Shown here piece after piece: positions 33,961 to 46,719 of a DNA stretch of 64,000 bases (the first letter of the stretch is position 1; every line of letters begins with the position of its first letter). Where the stretch lies: the NCBI GenBank assembly GCA_010909165.1, contig MU008157.1:992001-1056000 (forward strand). Direction: 5' to 3'. The position numbers and the translations under genes were made by a program. The DNA is from Anthoceros angustus. Its lineage: Eukaryota; Plantae; Anthocerotophyta. The notes beneath the pieces were generated by a model, which made no database searches, had not been told where the DNA came from, and saw only the letters and a list, made by a program, of their open reading frames with translations.

Positions 33961-36362
33961 TCTCGCAAACACTGGTGGGCGATTGCGATTCCACGTACGA
34001 GAGACTGATCGATGGATGCGGGAGAGTCTAGAGACTCAGAGTGTGATAAGCAGCAGACTTAGGCAGGCAGTGATGTGGGTGAGTGCATGCGAATACGAGG
34101 TGCCGGGTCCCTTCTTATAGCTGCCCAGGGCCAGCCGGCCTAGGCCTACCTCTACCTCGGAAGGATATCCGGACTTGTGACAAGGACAGGCCTAGGCCTG
34201 GGAGGCTGCGTGATCGCAACACACCAAGACCGGGGCCATCATAGCCGTGCAAATTCACGGGATCATCTGCTCCAAGTGTGATGGTTGCTACGCGGCAGGC
34301 CCATACAGGCGCCTACATAGATTAAGATATACCCACAACGACTCAGAACTGACTTCAAGAGATCGGTAGGTGGCGGGTATATATATATACGGTGATCTCA
34401 CTAGTATGGGTACCGGTGGCAGATGGTTGAGAGGATTTGGACACAGTGAAAGTCATTCTTGTTTCACACAGGAATATCCTTCCAAGACTTGGAAGGAAGC
34501 TTCAATTCATGTTCCACCACAAGGCCGGTGGCTATGGACAATATAGTGGTCATCGTCTGTGGTCGTGGACCGGTGCCGGTTCTGACCAAAATGCATGTCA
34601 CCAACACTTGCACCACTGTTCTCGTCACACTCTGGAATTTCTTTCAGCCTTCTCAGAGACTTCACACGGAACTCCCGTGTGCGTAAATCATGCCGGTCTG
34701 ATTGGGACATCCTGTGTGTGTGTAAATCGTGCCAGTCTACTGGGCTCGTTGGCTTCCTTGTACTGTTCACCGCGAGATCCCCTTTTATAAAGATAAAATA
34801 CATGCACGAGACCAATGTATAGCAAAGGTTGTATGCGTGCACTACTTGCTGTTCGGTAGTGGTGAAATTAGACTCTGCCACGGTCCAGCATTCCGTTGAG
34901 TCTTAGAAAGACAAGTTTTCCAGTGATCAGTGGGATTGATTTATCAGCGGAAATCTGGAACATGGTCATTTCGGCGTGCTTCAAGCTTGAAGGAGGAGTT
35001 CATCAAGATCCTGCTTGATTACTTTTGCTGCATGTGGCAATAACAATCACACCATGTGCTCACATGCTAGATTGCGTGTGATGTCTTGGAGTGTGCAGTG
35101 GGATTGACTTAAGCAGAAGGAATGAGCTTATAGAAGAGAACGGAGAAGCAGCGGCCATGACACTGCACATGTCCAACGACACCACTGCATTCCAAATACT
35201 GTACTCTTATTGTGGACTGCACTCCACCTAATCCAAGAACTGCAGGAATTATGACTGCTGGCTTCGAAATGGCATCCATGTGATTACCCACAACAAGAGT
35301 GATAAATCAGAGCCCCTAAATGAGGCAATTGTCTGATGACTCCCACGAGCTCTATTGACAACTCCTTGTTGAGGCATCCTTTTAATTTTGAAGTCTGCTT
35401 TCTTGTGACAGTATCTGATGCTTAGAGAACTCCAATGGGAGTCGGACACACCAGAGTCTTAAAACATACAGCTGTGCCAAAGTCTCTGACCTCTGCGCGC
35501 CTTGTGCTAGCATGTGCCAGTGAGTACCCCAAGTGGTGTTCCTTCCATTACAGCACGCAACCATGGCCAGATGCATCTTCCAACTTGTGCTTACTTGAAT
35601 TGTTTGTTGCATGGTCGAACTTTGGAGCTCCCTCCACTTGGCCAAGTAATCATGGCCAGAAATATGGTTGCCAACAATTCGGCTCACTTGAATTGTTTGC
35701 TGCAGTCGAACTTTGGAGTTCCCTCCATTTGGGCAAGCAACCATGGCCAGATGGTTAACGTTGCCAACATGTGCTTACTTGAAATGTTTGCTGCAATCCC
35801 TGAAACCTCGAGGCAGCGAGCATGCCGCTTGCATTGCACCCTGTAAGCTGTATGAGTGTTGCTGGCGAGTTTCTGGAGCCCTGGACTCAGGGCCCCAGAA
35901 TATTTTGCCAGTTGATTCAATTCAGCAAGAAAGTTTGAAATTCAGCACAATGTCCAATTCTAATCTTTGTTGAAGCTCGGCAATGCTTCGGTTTTGGAGC
36001 GGCATCTTGGAGCTGAGACAGTCTCCTGTGCAGAAGAGGGACATATCCTGCTAGAAGCCCTGGGTTTTGGGGAGGTTGCGCAAGGATGCTGCGATTGTGG
36101 CAAAGAAATCCATGTAACGTTCCCTTCGGAGGCTGATTTCGGTCCGATGCAGCTTGCCGAAGCGTCACATTACAAATTAGCCTAGCAGATTTCTTTCGCT
36201 GTGTCTGCAAAGCTAAGTTGGCCTACTTCGTAAAATCGGCAAAGCCCCAAAGAAAAGAAGAATCGTAATCGCAACAATTGGAGTCGCAGTTCAGGGCTAT
36301 CTCAAATTTATCATTTGTTTTTAATACCTAAATCATATTACTGTTACGCGCGCTTACCAAAC

Positions 36363-36431
36363 CCACTGGTGGCCTAGTGATGAAAAGTCTCTGCCACGGT
36401 TCACACCCGGGTTCGATTCCCGACCAATGCG
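36363..36431 (+). pseudogene. Degenerate tRNA-Gly(GCC), block B copy
   Basis: Same sequence as 6801-6869. Confidence 0.75.
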
Positions 36432-36559
36432 TATCTTGGATCTGTTTGCTGTTTTTTTCGATCCATGCTTCTCAGTGGGTCGCGCCCGGTGAAGTGCAGT
36501 ACACGTCCAAAGTCGAGTTTCAGCGAAGGTTGTTGCCAAATGTCCCATCGCGCGCTGGA

Positions 36560-37040
36560 CTGAACGCATTCTCCTTTCTTCTCCGATTCGGAACTCCAGT
36601 GGCAGAATCTGGGTGAACTCGCTCACCACTTTGCTCATGCCAGGTCTGGCAGAATTAGCAGTAAGTGGCACGCAGCTCATGGCGATTTTCGCATACCTAC
36701 ACTCCGACTGTGCCTCGTAGTCGACTCCTCTGAGAGCCGGATCCACCATTGTGAACGACACTCCATTGTTCAGGGGCTCTCACCTGCGTGAGTGAGCATT
36801 GACCATGTGTTTCTGCTGTATAACATTCTGTAAGTGAAATGGGTGGCTGTCACACCAGATCCAACAACACCACTCCGAAACTGTAGGCATCGCTGTTGTT
36901 GTTGGTGAGCGTGCCATTTGTGTGCAGGTACCCGCCAACACTACTTGGGACCACCATTAGCAGCTGCGCGGAGAAGCAGCTGCCCAAGCACAGAGTCTCA
37001 TGAACAGCAAGCACTTCAGAAGTTTCAAAATGGTTCAAAC
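36560..37040 (-). pseudogene. Receptor-like kinase C-terminal remnant, block B copy
   Basis: SDAYSFGVVLLDLV and VDPALRG..RPGMSKVV; duplicate of 7000-7480. Confidence 0.8.
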
Positions 37041-37412
37041 TGAGCATCGGTGCTAGCAATGCGTCCAAGGAGTTTTACAGAGATCGTCATCTCTAGGGGT
37101 AAGGGCCCCATCCTAATCAAAATTGGGGTAATCTGCACCCTCGTAGTAGACAACTGACCCTAGGCTTCGGAGTTGTAAGAAGAACTCATGCTTGCATGTC
37201 CACCTTGATGCCACTCCGGGCCTGCCACGACTCGTAGGTCAGTTGAGCATCTTGTTAGGCATCCTTCCCCCTTGGCCATGAGTCGTGACAAAGCATGCGA
37301 GTGGAAGCAAGCATGACATGCTGCACGCAGAGATATATGTGCCATGCCGGGGGCTTACCTGTACCAAGATCTAGACAACCTCACTCCACACGGCGCCGAG
37401 AAACGGATGCCT

Positions 37413-38998
37413 CTAACACCGGCACTGCAGGTACAGGTCGGGCCTCCACTCGCCCGTGATAATGCGGTCCGCCTTGCCTACGATTCTGAACTCATTCGAA
37501 TACTCGTGAACGATGAAGTTCCATGTGTTGAAGTAGATGTGGTATCTCACAAGGACAGTTCCGTGATCCGGGCCTTGAAGATCCACGTCCACCCGTCCCA
37601 CGGATCCTCCGCTTCAGGCAGCAGCGACACCCTGAAGGTAAGATAAAGCATGTCGCCAGCTACCTGTACGTCGCGCAGACTAAAGCTCCCAGGTTCGTCA
37701 GCTTCAGGATCGTCAAGAAGGCAAGACGGTGGCAAAGCCGAGCAGAAGACCCAGATCTGCGCCACAAAATCCCTCGTCCACACGTTAACCTCTCTGGGAC
37801 CAGACTGCACAACCCACACAACCCTTCCTCCATGCACGCAGATGTGCTGGCCCTGCCAGCTGTGGACGAGCATGCGCGGGGCCAAACGGCCCGGGGGCGC
37901 ATCCCAGGTCCGAACATGCCTTCCGGTCGCGACGTCGAAAGCCACCAGCTTACTCTCACACCCGTCACCACAAGGACTAGAGTATAGCACCACCACCTTG
38001 CCCTGGACCAGCACCGGGGACGCCGCCATGATGGAATCGTGTTTCATGTCCTCGGAACCTGCAGAAACGTGACGGCCCAGCGGCCAAACCTGCTGCAATA
38101 CAGAGCACACTTGGGGCCACGATTGTCCATCCAGAACACTACCACCTGAAACTCGCACGCAGATCTGGATCGCCCTGCAACACCGGATCCATCCCCGAGC
38201 TCGAGGCGCCGAGGCGCCGAGCCGCTCGAGCCGTCCGGGCCTGGGCCCGGCGCTACCTGCAGCATCACCTTGTGGTGGCTCGGACCCGACATAGCCAACT
38301 GCAGCAGCACTGGCAGCCTGGTCCATGTCCCGTTGGCCAGGTTCAGCAGGCAGAGGCGGAGGGACTGCTGGGCAGATTCGGAGGGACTCCGGGATGCAGG
38401 AACTCATTCCGATTGTGCGCCAGGCACAGCAGCCCGCTCCCCGAGTACAACACGCAGCTCGGGCCCGGCGACGGGTAGAAGCCGCTCACAACGTCCTCGG
38501 GCAGGAAGCTCAAGTTCACATCGTGTACCCTAGGCACGTACCTCAGGTGGGAGGAGCAGGAGAGGATTCGGGCCACCGGTGGCCCCACACCCCCAGCATC
38601 AAGCCCGAGCAAGAAAGTGAGCGGTCGAGGTCGAGGTCGAGGTCGAGGTCGAGGTCGAGGTCGAGGTCGAGGTCGAAGTCGAGGTCGAGTCCGTGATTCC
38701 AGGGCCACCCTAGGCCTCTCCCTCTCCCTCCTCCCTCCCTCTCCCTCCGCTGCGCATGCAGGAACCTGCCGGCCCCATGGAATCGGCATGTCGGAATCCT
38801 CACCGACTCCACCCTTCCTGTATTCTCCCACAGCTTGCTCACTATCCTCCTTTGCAGATCCCGCCTCGTGCGCCGGGCCGCCTGCTCGGCCGGGGTCCGC
38901 CCTTCGTCGTCCTCCGGCTCCTGTTCTTCGCTCGTCAGATAGACCCGTTCTTCGCTCGTCAGATAGACCCGCACGTACGGGAACTGACCGTAAGCCAT
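37413..38998 (-). CDS. F-box-like protein, copy 2 (several apparent frameshifts)
   Basis: Duplicate of 7856-9429, with an in-frame 24-bp duplication (RVYLTSEE x2) and (GGTCGA)n at ~38623-38690. Confidence 0.55.
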
Positions 38999-41900
38999 GC
39001 CTCTTGTCCCCGGAAGTTGCCAAGTCCGTCGCCGTGCGTACGTATATAAAGATCTATAATCTCGATGATCATATTTACCCTAAATATGCTTCACCCTTCT
39101 CGATGACCATGTTGACCCTCATGGATTGTTCCCGGTGTGGTGGGGCCCAGCCGGGATGCCGTCCGTGGGTGAGGGAGATGGGGGCATGGGCGTGACGCCA
39201 TATGGGCATGGAGCCATCCCATCGCACGGGCTCGCTCTCGCTCTCGCTCATGGGAAGCTAGTCCCATTGCTCAAGCGCTAGCCTTGCAACATCTCCCAGA
39301 AGGGTGCACAGCATCATGTCCATCATGTTCCACAGCCACATTACAGCCTCCGTCCCAGACGAATTCCAGGCACCAGTTTCGGATCACACACCCAAAGTCT
39401 GGAGCTCGCCTGCAGGAGGCTCTCTGATCATGAGATTCTTCGTTTTGCTCAGACGGGCTCGGCAGAGAACAGGACAGACGAGAGTCTGCGAAACTAGAAG
39501 TAAAGTGACAAAGCCTACACAAGGCTCAAGGCGGGGCCTCTACAATGTCCTTTAACCGTGCACGCAGCAAGGCTCTGTAAGTCGGAAGGAAGACAGAGCA
39601 TGGCCCAATCCGGATTGCGGGATAACGGGATTGCGGTTTTGGGTTTTGGTCTTGCTGAGCAGAGGATCCTCTAGACTGCTCAGCAAGACCAATGAAAGTC
39701 ACTACTCTCTGAGATGAACACCAGCTTCGAACCCCTGTTTCACCACATTTCCTGTTTCAGCACAAGGCAGGGTGGCCATGGACAATATGGTGGTGGTGGA
39801 CTAGTTCTCACCAGCATGTACGTCACCACATCGGATTGGACTTCTACCTGCTAAGGGGACTGTGCCAACCTGCATCACTTGTTCGTCATACTCGGAATTT
39901 GCTTGTTGTACGCGTGCAGGGAGTGAATAAAAGGACTGAGAATTTGATCCAGATACCACGTTCGGTCTAGTGTGACTTCACAATCGTCATCTGACACGAA
40001 TCAGCTCCGGGTTCAATTCCCGGTGAGTGCATACGTGGGGATTGTGCAGAATAGATGTGTATTTACTGTCGGTTTAAGAAAAAGGAAGTCCAAATCTGGT
40101 AGGTAGTCATTTTGAGTGACGGCCATCCGTCCTCTCCCAAGCTCGCGCTGGGCGGTGCCGGATCTCTCTCTTACCTTCCGAAGCCTCGATGACCTTTGTT
40201 TGCCTCCAGAAGAAATCTGCCGAGGAGGATGGGTGAGGCCTTGGCGATCTCCCTTGCCTAGTGTTTGTGCTGCAAGAGTTCGGCATGGTGGATCCTGCAT
40301 ACGTCGAGCATTGGACAGAAGAAGAGGAGATGTTCCTCGTCGTCTACCTCTTTGAGTTCGCAGCGTAAGCGGAGCTTCTCTTCCTAGCCAGGTTATTCCT
40401 CCCAAGCATATTTCCGAGGGAGTGGCCTCATGGGCATTTCCAAGGTTTCAATTGACAAGGGCTTGCACAGTCTGCTTGTGGCCATGCCTTGCAGGAATGG
40501 TCTAGAATGCTTCATTCTAAACTTCGGCTTGCAGGAGGAGGTTGAAGTGCCTTTGTTTTGCAACGTTTCCAGCATGCCTTCTTGTACCTGGTCGAGGTGG
40601 ACTGGGCATCATCCATGGTCGAGGTGGACTGGGCATCATGCATAATATTGCAGTAATGAACCCTGGCTGTGATGCCAAAGCCTTGTACCATCAAACCGAT
40701 GTTTGCCTACAGTGGGAGGGCCAACTGTGCCTAAATCTCTAACCTCTGCGTAGGCACGTGCACGTGAGTACACCAAGTGGTGTTCCTTCCATTACCTAGA
40801 CCAAGCAAGCATGGCCAGATGGTTGCCAACTTGTGCTCACTTGAATTGTTTGCTGCAGTCGAACTTTGGAGTTCCCTCCATTTGAGCATGTAACCCATGG
40901 CCAGATAGTGGCCAACTTCTGCTCACTTGAATATGGTTGCCAACTTTTGCTCACTTGAAATGTTTGCTACAATAATTAATCCATGAAAAATCGAGGCAGG
41001 GAGCATGCCACTTGCACTGCATACCTTGTAAGCTGTATGAGTGTTGCTGGCGAGTTTTTGGGGCCTTGGACTGTGCAAAATTCTGCCAGTTGCTTCAATT
41101 CAGCAACATGTTTAGTTCAACACAATGTTCGATTTCAATAATTTTTTGAACCTGGGCAAAGCTTCGGTTTTGGAGCAGCATCTTGGAACTGAGACAGTCT
41201 CCTATGCCAAATAGTGATATTTGCTGCTAGAAGCCTTGAGTTTCGGGGAGGTAGCGGATGCTGCGATTGTGGCAAAGAAACCATGTTCGGCCCTTCGGAT
41301 CAGAGGCTGATGTTGGCCCACCGATGAAGCTTGCTGAAGTGTAGCATTACAAGTTAGCCTACCAGATTTGATTCGGTGTGACTGCAAAACTAGTTGGCTT
41401 CTTAGCAGAAACCTCCAGCCTGGATGCAGGGATGGTAGCGGGACACTGAGGAAACTGAACCTTGTCTTCCACTCATTTAAACTTGCTCCTGTCCTCTTCA
41501 CTTCAGGCGTGAGGGCTGCACTGGTGATATGCCAATTTGACCAAACAGTCCGAAAACCTCAAGATGCAAGACCTAAAGACCCCTACACAAGCAAGCAAGC
41601 TGAAGTCGGGCCCAAGCCCAGCAGACATGAGGTCCGCATGAAGACGACAAATCTTTGGGTGAAGACCTAGTAAAGAGTGTGCTGTGCTGTCAAGTACATT
41701 TCCACACTGGCAGTCTGGCAATCCGGTGGTAGAGTGGAAACTTGTCAAGGCATAAACTCGGGAATCTTGAAACCTACCTGCCCTCATCAAGCTAGGTACT
41801 CCAGGAGAACCAAACCTGGAACGGAATCCCAGCACACGGTCGGTTTTCACTTGGATAAGGCCACCTCTCCACGCAGCGTGCATCCAGGGTTCGGTGGCAC

Positions 41901-42594
41901 TTCGAAGGCAAGGCTGGCGAGGGCGACCCGATGACAGGGACACGAAATCAACTGCAAACCAAGTCGGAAATTGTATCGTTATCAGGTGAGAGTGCGCAAA
42001 ATCCTTGGAAAGTACTCGCCAAACAACGGGGGAGTCACATGACATTCCTGGTTGTTTCGAGTTTGCTTTCCACAATATGTGCCCTCAACAAAGCTTCCTG
42101 GCTTTCTGCTCATACTTCGATCGCGGTGTTTTGGAAATTTCGACCTTACGAGGACGTTGAGAGCATTCCGAAAGCAGCAAGCACAAAAGAGTACCTATAT
42201 TTAATTCAAGCAAACACAGGATGTTTACATACGCATGGGTTCATGTCAAGAACCTACGTCCAGAACTCATGACAAGTGATGTCCAGCAAGCAGTCCTGGC
42301 TTTGTCCCACACTTATTGCGATCTAAGGCGCATGCGGTCGATGTACATATGTATGGACCAGGTAGCTATGGGCACCTGCCCTCAGCTAACATTCAGAGGA
42401 TTTAGCTACAGCGCTCTGCAGAAGGATATACTCCCCTCAGCATCGCAGTACGTACAAGACACAAACGGAACACGACCATGGATCAATTCACGCCCTTGGA
42501 ACCGTAGCTCAAGGTGGCCGGAACATGAGGTATGTGCAAGACCACGCTGATGAGAGCCCGTTCGACATGCCAATGGCACGCAGCGCTCGTCAAT

Positions 42595-43006
42595 CTAGGA
42601 ATGGCGGATCTGGAAGGTGAAGGATCCAGAGCCGATGCTTCCAGAGACGCGGGCGGTGCCACCACATTCGCAACGCAGTTAGCGAGGATGATATTGAGGT
42701 TGTTTCCGGCGTTGGAGCAGGAGGTGCAGCTGCCCTGCGACCCACAGATGTCGACGGACGCACTGCCTGCCACGGCCATGCTGGTGCACCCGGATGAGCT
42801 GGTCTGGCAGCACTGAGACGACCCCAGGTTGCGCACGTACTGGACGCAGGCGTTGGCATCCCCTGTGTGGGCGAGTTGCCGTTGGTGGTGCACGACTGCG
42901 CCATTGCCACAGGCGCTGTCGCTGCCGCGCACAGCGCCAACACGATGAATGCGCCCGCGATCATGGCGCTCGCCGATGCGTTAGAGGAAGCAACTGTCTT
43001 GGCCAT
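42595..43006 (-). CDS. Secreted Cys-rich small protein, paralog B copy 2 (apparent frameshifts)
   Basis: ATG at 43006-43004 and TAG at 42597-42595. Same G-run deletion as the copy at 16717, plus a C-run indel at ~42660. Confidence 0.72.
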
Positions 43007-44234
43007 TCTCGAAGCTGGTGGGCGATTCCACAAGGGACTGATCTATGCGGAGAGAAGAGACGCTCGGAGTGTGATAAGCAGCAGGCAGGGAGCGATGCGG
43101 TTGAGTAGTGCGGATACGAGCTGCCGAGTCCCCTTCTTATACCTGTCCATGGCCAGCCAGCCTAGGCCTACCTCGGGAGGATATCCGAACTTGCGTACGA
43201 TCCGGATTCGGTGTCGGGCATGGACAGGCCTAGCTGGAGACGCCGTGCCGATGACGGCTTCGTTGCTGATCAAAGTGGTTTTGCCACGCGGCGGCGTCCC
43301 GTACCAGTTCCACCTACCAAGCAGATATATACCCACAACGTTCAGACTCATTGACGAGGGATCGCTCGATTGTACAGGTGGGTGGTGGGTATACCTCGAT
43401 CCGAGTACTAGCGAAAGTGGCTGATGTTGAGAGGATTTGAACGTTCTGAGTCGCTCACGTTTCTAGGCAGGAAAAGTCTTGCCCAGCTGATCACTAGACA
43501 CAAGCTTCCTACATTCCAGCGCGAGGACGGCTGGAGTGGTTCTCATGAACATTCAGATGTCACCACCTGAACTGCTTTTGTGCTGTACGTAGTGCTGTCA
43601 GTATGTAATATGGACAGGCCTGTGTGTGGGCGTGTGTGCCTGCAGTACATATTCCAGGAAGTTTACATCTCCAGTGTGGTTTGGTGTTGATACTGTCTTA
43701 AATTCGCAGTTTCTTCGTGCCGTTGTGTACGAGATCGGTACATTCGCAGTTTCTTCGTGCCGTTGTGTACGAGATCGTTTCAACTACGCTTAGTGTTTAT
43801 AAGCGCATCGTATTGAAACCAGAGGTATTTGGAACCGGTTGAGATCATCAGTGCCAGTACCATCTACAGTATGATCGAGGCGGCCCCCGCCCTGCATGAC
43901 ACATGTTCCGCATGTTTGTGATGACATCACCATGCGGCCTTGACAGGCCCTGGGAATTCACTTGGAGCGGAGAAACAAAACAATCTCTAGAAAATGAAAA
44001 CCTACCCTCCCTCAGGATACCTAGTCTCCATAAAATCATATCTGGAACGGGATTCCAGGACGAGAAAGAGGCTCCCTTCTTCGAAATGAGGGTGTCCAAA
44101 TGGCTAAGGCCAAATGGACACACCTTATAGCATCATGCGCTAAGCATGCATCCAGCGCTTACATGGTGTGCAAGTTGCCATGTACGAGAAAGAGGCTCCC
44201 TCCTCGAACGAGAGGTCTGTCCAAATGGCTTAGG

Positions 44235-44830
44235 GACTTTGGTACTTAACAACTTTGTACCATGGTGTGCCCAAGCTACTTGCACCAAGGGCATCCACTC
44301 CTCCGGGCACCCCTTGAAGGGCTAAGTTGAATGTTTAACAACCGCTTGTGTGTCCATTTGAAGAAAAAGAAGATTGGGCCAACCTCAGCCATTTTAACAC
44401 ACGTTTTCCACCATTTGGCATAAACCATGAGGCTAGGTTTCATCGAGAGAATAGAAGAAGAATTTTATGAAGTCCACTAAGGATGATTTCCATATGGGAC
44501 TTGGTACTTAACAACTTGTATCATGGTGTGCCTAGGCTATTTGCACCAAGGGCATTCACTCCTTTAAGCACCCCATCCAAGTACCGATGGTGTGCCTAAG
44601 CTACTTGCACTAAGGGCATTGTGGTTCATGGTAACTTATACCATAGTGCCTAAGCTACTTGCACCAAGGGCATCCACTCCCTTTAAGCACCTCATCTAGT
44701 ACCGATGGTGTGTGCCTAAGCTACTTGCACCAAGTGGATTCACTCCCTTTAGGCACCCCATCTAAGTACAAATGGTGTGCCTAAGCTACTTACCAAGGGC
44801 ATTCACTCCTTTAGGCACCCCATCTTCAAT
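44235..44830. repeat. Hairpin-unit minisatellite, block B copy
   Basis: Duplicate of 18365-19000. Confidence 0.9.
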
Positions 44831-44970
44831 CTAGCGCAGGATGCTTAATCACGAAATTCTTATAAATGTGTGTCACCAAGTTCTTATAAATGTGTGTCCA
44901 TTTGGCAAGAAATGGCATAATCATTGTTTAATCATTTATGATTAATTTTGCTCCAATCGTGCACCAAAAG

Positions 44971-45006
44971 GCATTGGTGATCTAGTGGTAGAATAGTCCC
45001 AGACCC
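44971..45006 (+). pseudogene. Truncated tRNA-Gly 5' half, block B copy
   Basis: GCATTGGTGATCTAGTGGTAGAATAGT. Confidence 0.6.
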
Positions 45007-45169
45007 ACGATTTTGAGCTCAATAGGTTTTCTAATGACACCCATGATGTCAACGTCCATGGCTTTGCCTTATTATAGCTTCAGGCTCACAATCTCCTCAT
45101 CTTCAATGGTCTACCATCTTGGCGGACGTTGTAGAAATTCTTTCTTTTCGGCGATGGTCATATTTCTAG

Positions 45170-46200
45170 CAGGTTGGATTATATTGTTATCAACTATCGC
45201 ATCTCTAACCTACGGACTAATGACAATGTCCGCATTCAATCGACCTTGCAAATGATTGCTTTCATTTGTGCCTTGCCTCCTCACCTCCCTCTCCCCACTC
45301 TCTATCACCACCCGCTTCCCTCTTTCCATGTACAAGCCTCTCAATATTCCTGCTCAAAGCCTCCCTTGCCTCCATTCATGGGACCTTCCTCTCTATGGCC
45401 TCCGCCTCTTCCTCGGCTATCTTTCCTCCTTCAAGTCTACCTTTCCATTCAAATTCAACCTCCTCCATCCCACAAAATCGCTCTCACCCCTGGTTTGATC
45501 TGGGTGTAAATGCATGCACTCCCAATTGCACCGGACCCTCCGCCAACTCCAACTTTCACCTGGTCTCATCACTCTCCTCTCTATAAAGCTACTATAGAGC
45601 CTTACAAGACCTTCCTCTCCATGAAAAGGCTCGGTTCTTCCAAACCGAACACAACCATCTCGGCTCCATCTTGGGCGTCTCATGGTGGCTCAGCCTTGGA
45701 AGGAATTCACTCTAGGGCCCCGTTCTCCTCAAAGCTAGTCCCGAACTTCTTTCCTTTGTTGATGGACTTTACCATATCCCCTCTACTATCCCCGCTCCTA
45801 AGTCCTCTTATCCTGGTCTAATTATGTTTTTTTCGCCAGATCTCGTGGCCAGAGCCATAAAGAAGCTTTCAAGCAGGACTGCTATTGATCCTGCTGGCAT
45901 CCCTGGAAACCTCTTTCGTTATGTTGACCTTGTCTCACTCTCGTCTCACCTTGCTTCCCTTTTCAATGATGCTCACCCCCATGGATTTCCGGATAGTTGG
46001 TGTGAGAATTATATTCATTCAATTTTGAAGGCTGGTGACCCGTACCTCCCTTCTAACTGTTGGTTTATCACTGTGAGTCCATTTATGCCAAGATTTATAG
46101 CTCTTGTCCGGAGATTCTCACGCTTCTTGGTGAGGAGGCTAAGGTGCGTGCTCGGGTCGAGCTGGTTTTCTCTCACCGAATACTATGGACAACATCTTTC
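45170..46200 (+). mobile_element. LINE ORF2 (EN-end/RT) fragment, block B copy
   Basis: FSPDLVARAIKKLSSRTAIDPAGIPGNLF..GFPDSWCENYIHSILKAGDPYLPSN. Confidence 0.85.
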
Positions 46201-46630
46201 TTGTTGGATGATCTCCCTTCTTCAAGTCCGCCAATCTTATTTCTACAGTCCTTTGCGTGGTGATTGGGCTTCTTGCGATAATAACAAAGACTTTCACCTT
46301 TCTTTTTGCATCTGTATCCTTTGTCCTTTCTATAGACTTGGCTTGCGAGGTCTTCCACCGTGATATGCCCTTCTTGGAGAAGAGTGTAGAGCTTTCGTTA
46401 CCTTGTGTGGAAAGAACCATCAAGCTCCTCTTCTAGAAGTAATCCAACCACCTCATCAAAAGTTGGTTGATTATCACTTGGATGTATCACTATGGATGTC
46501 CTATAGGATAATAAAAATTGCCTACAAGATGGTGGTAAACTACTTAGCAACAGTGATCACCTTGCCCTCAAGGTTTGATCTCGCTTCCCTCATTTGATCA
46601 ACCAAGCTTTTCAACTTGTTGACATATTCA
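46200..46630 (-). mobile_element. Copia gag fragment, block B copy
   Basis: CYYRKKPNHHAKDC knuckle (second Cys mutated). Confidence 0.7.
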
Positions 46631-46719
46631 GTTGACCCCATGCTCTCTCAAGCCTTGAGTCAATGGCGGCGAGACACAACCTCCTCTACAAATATCACAT
46701 CCTCTGAGGCGGGTGCCTT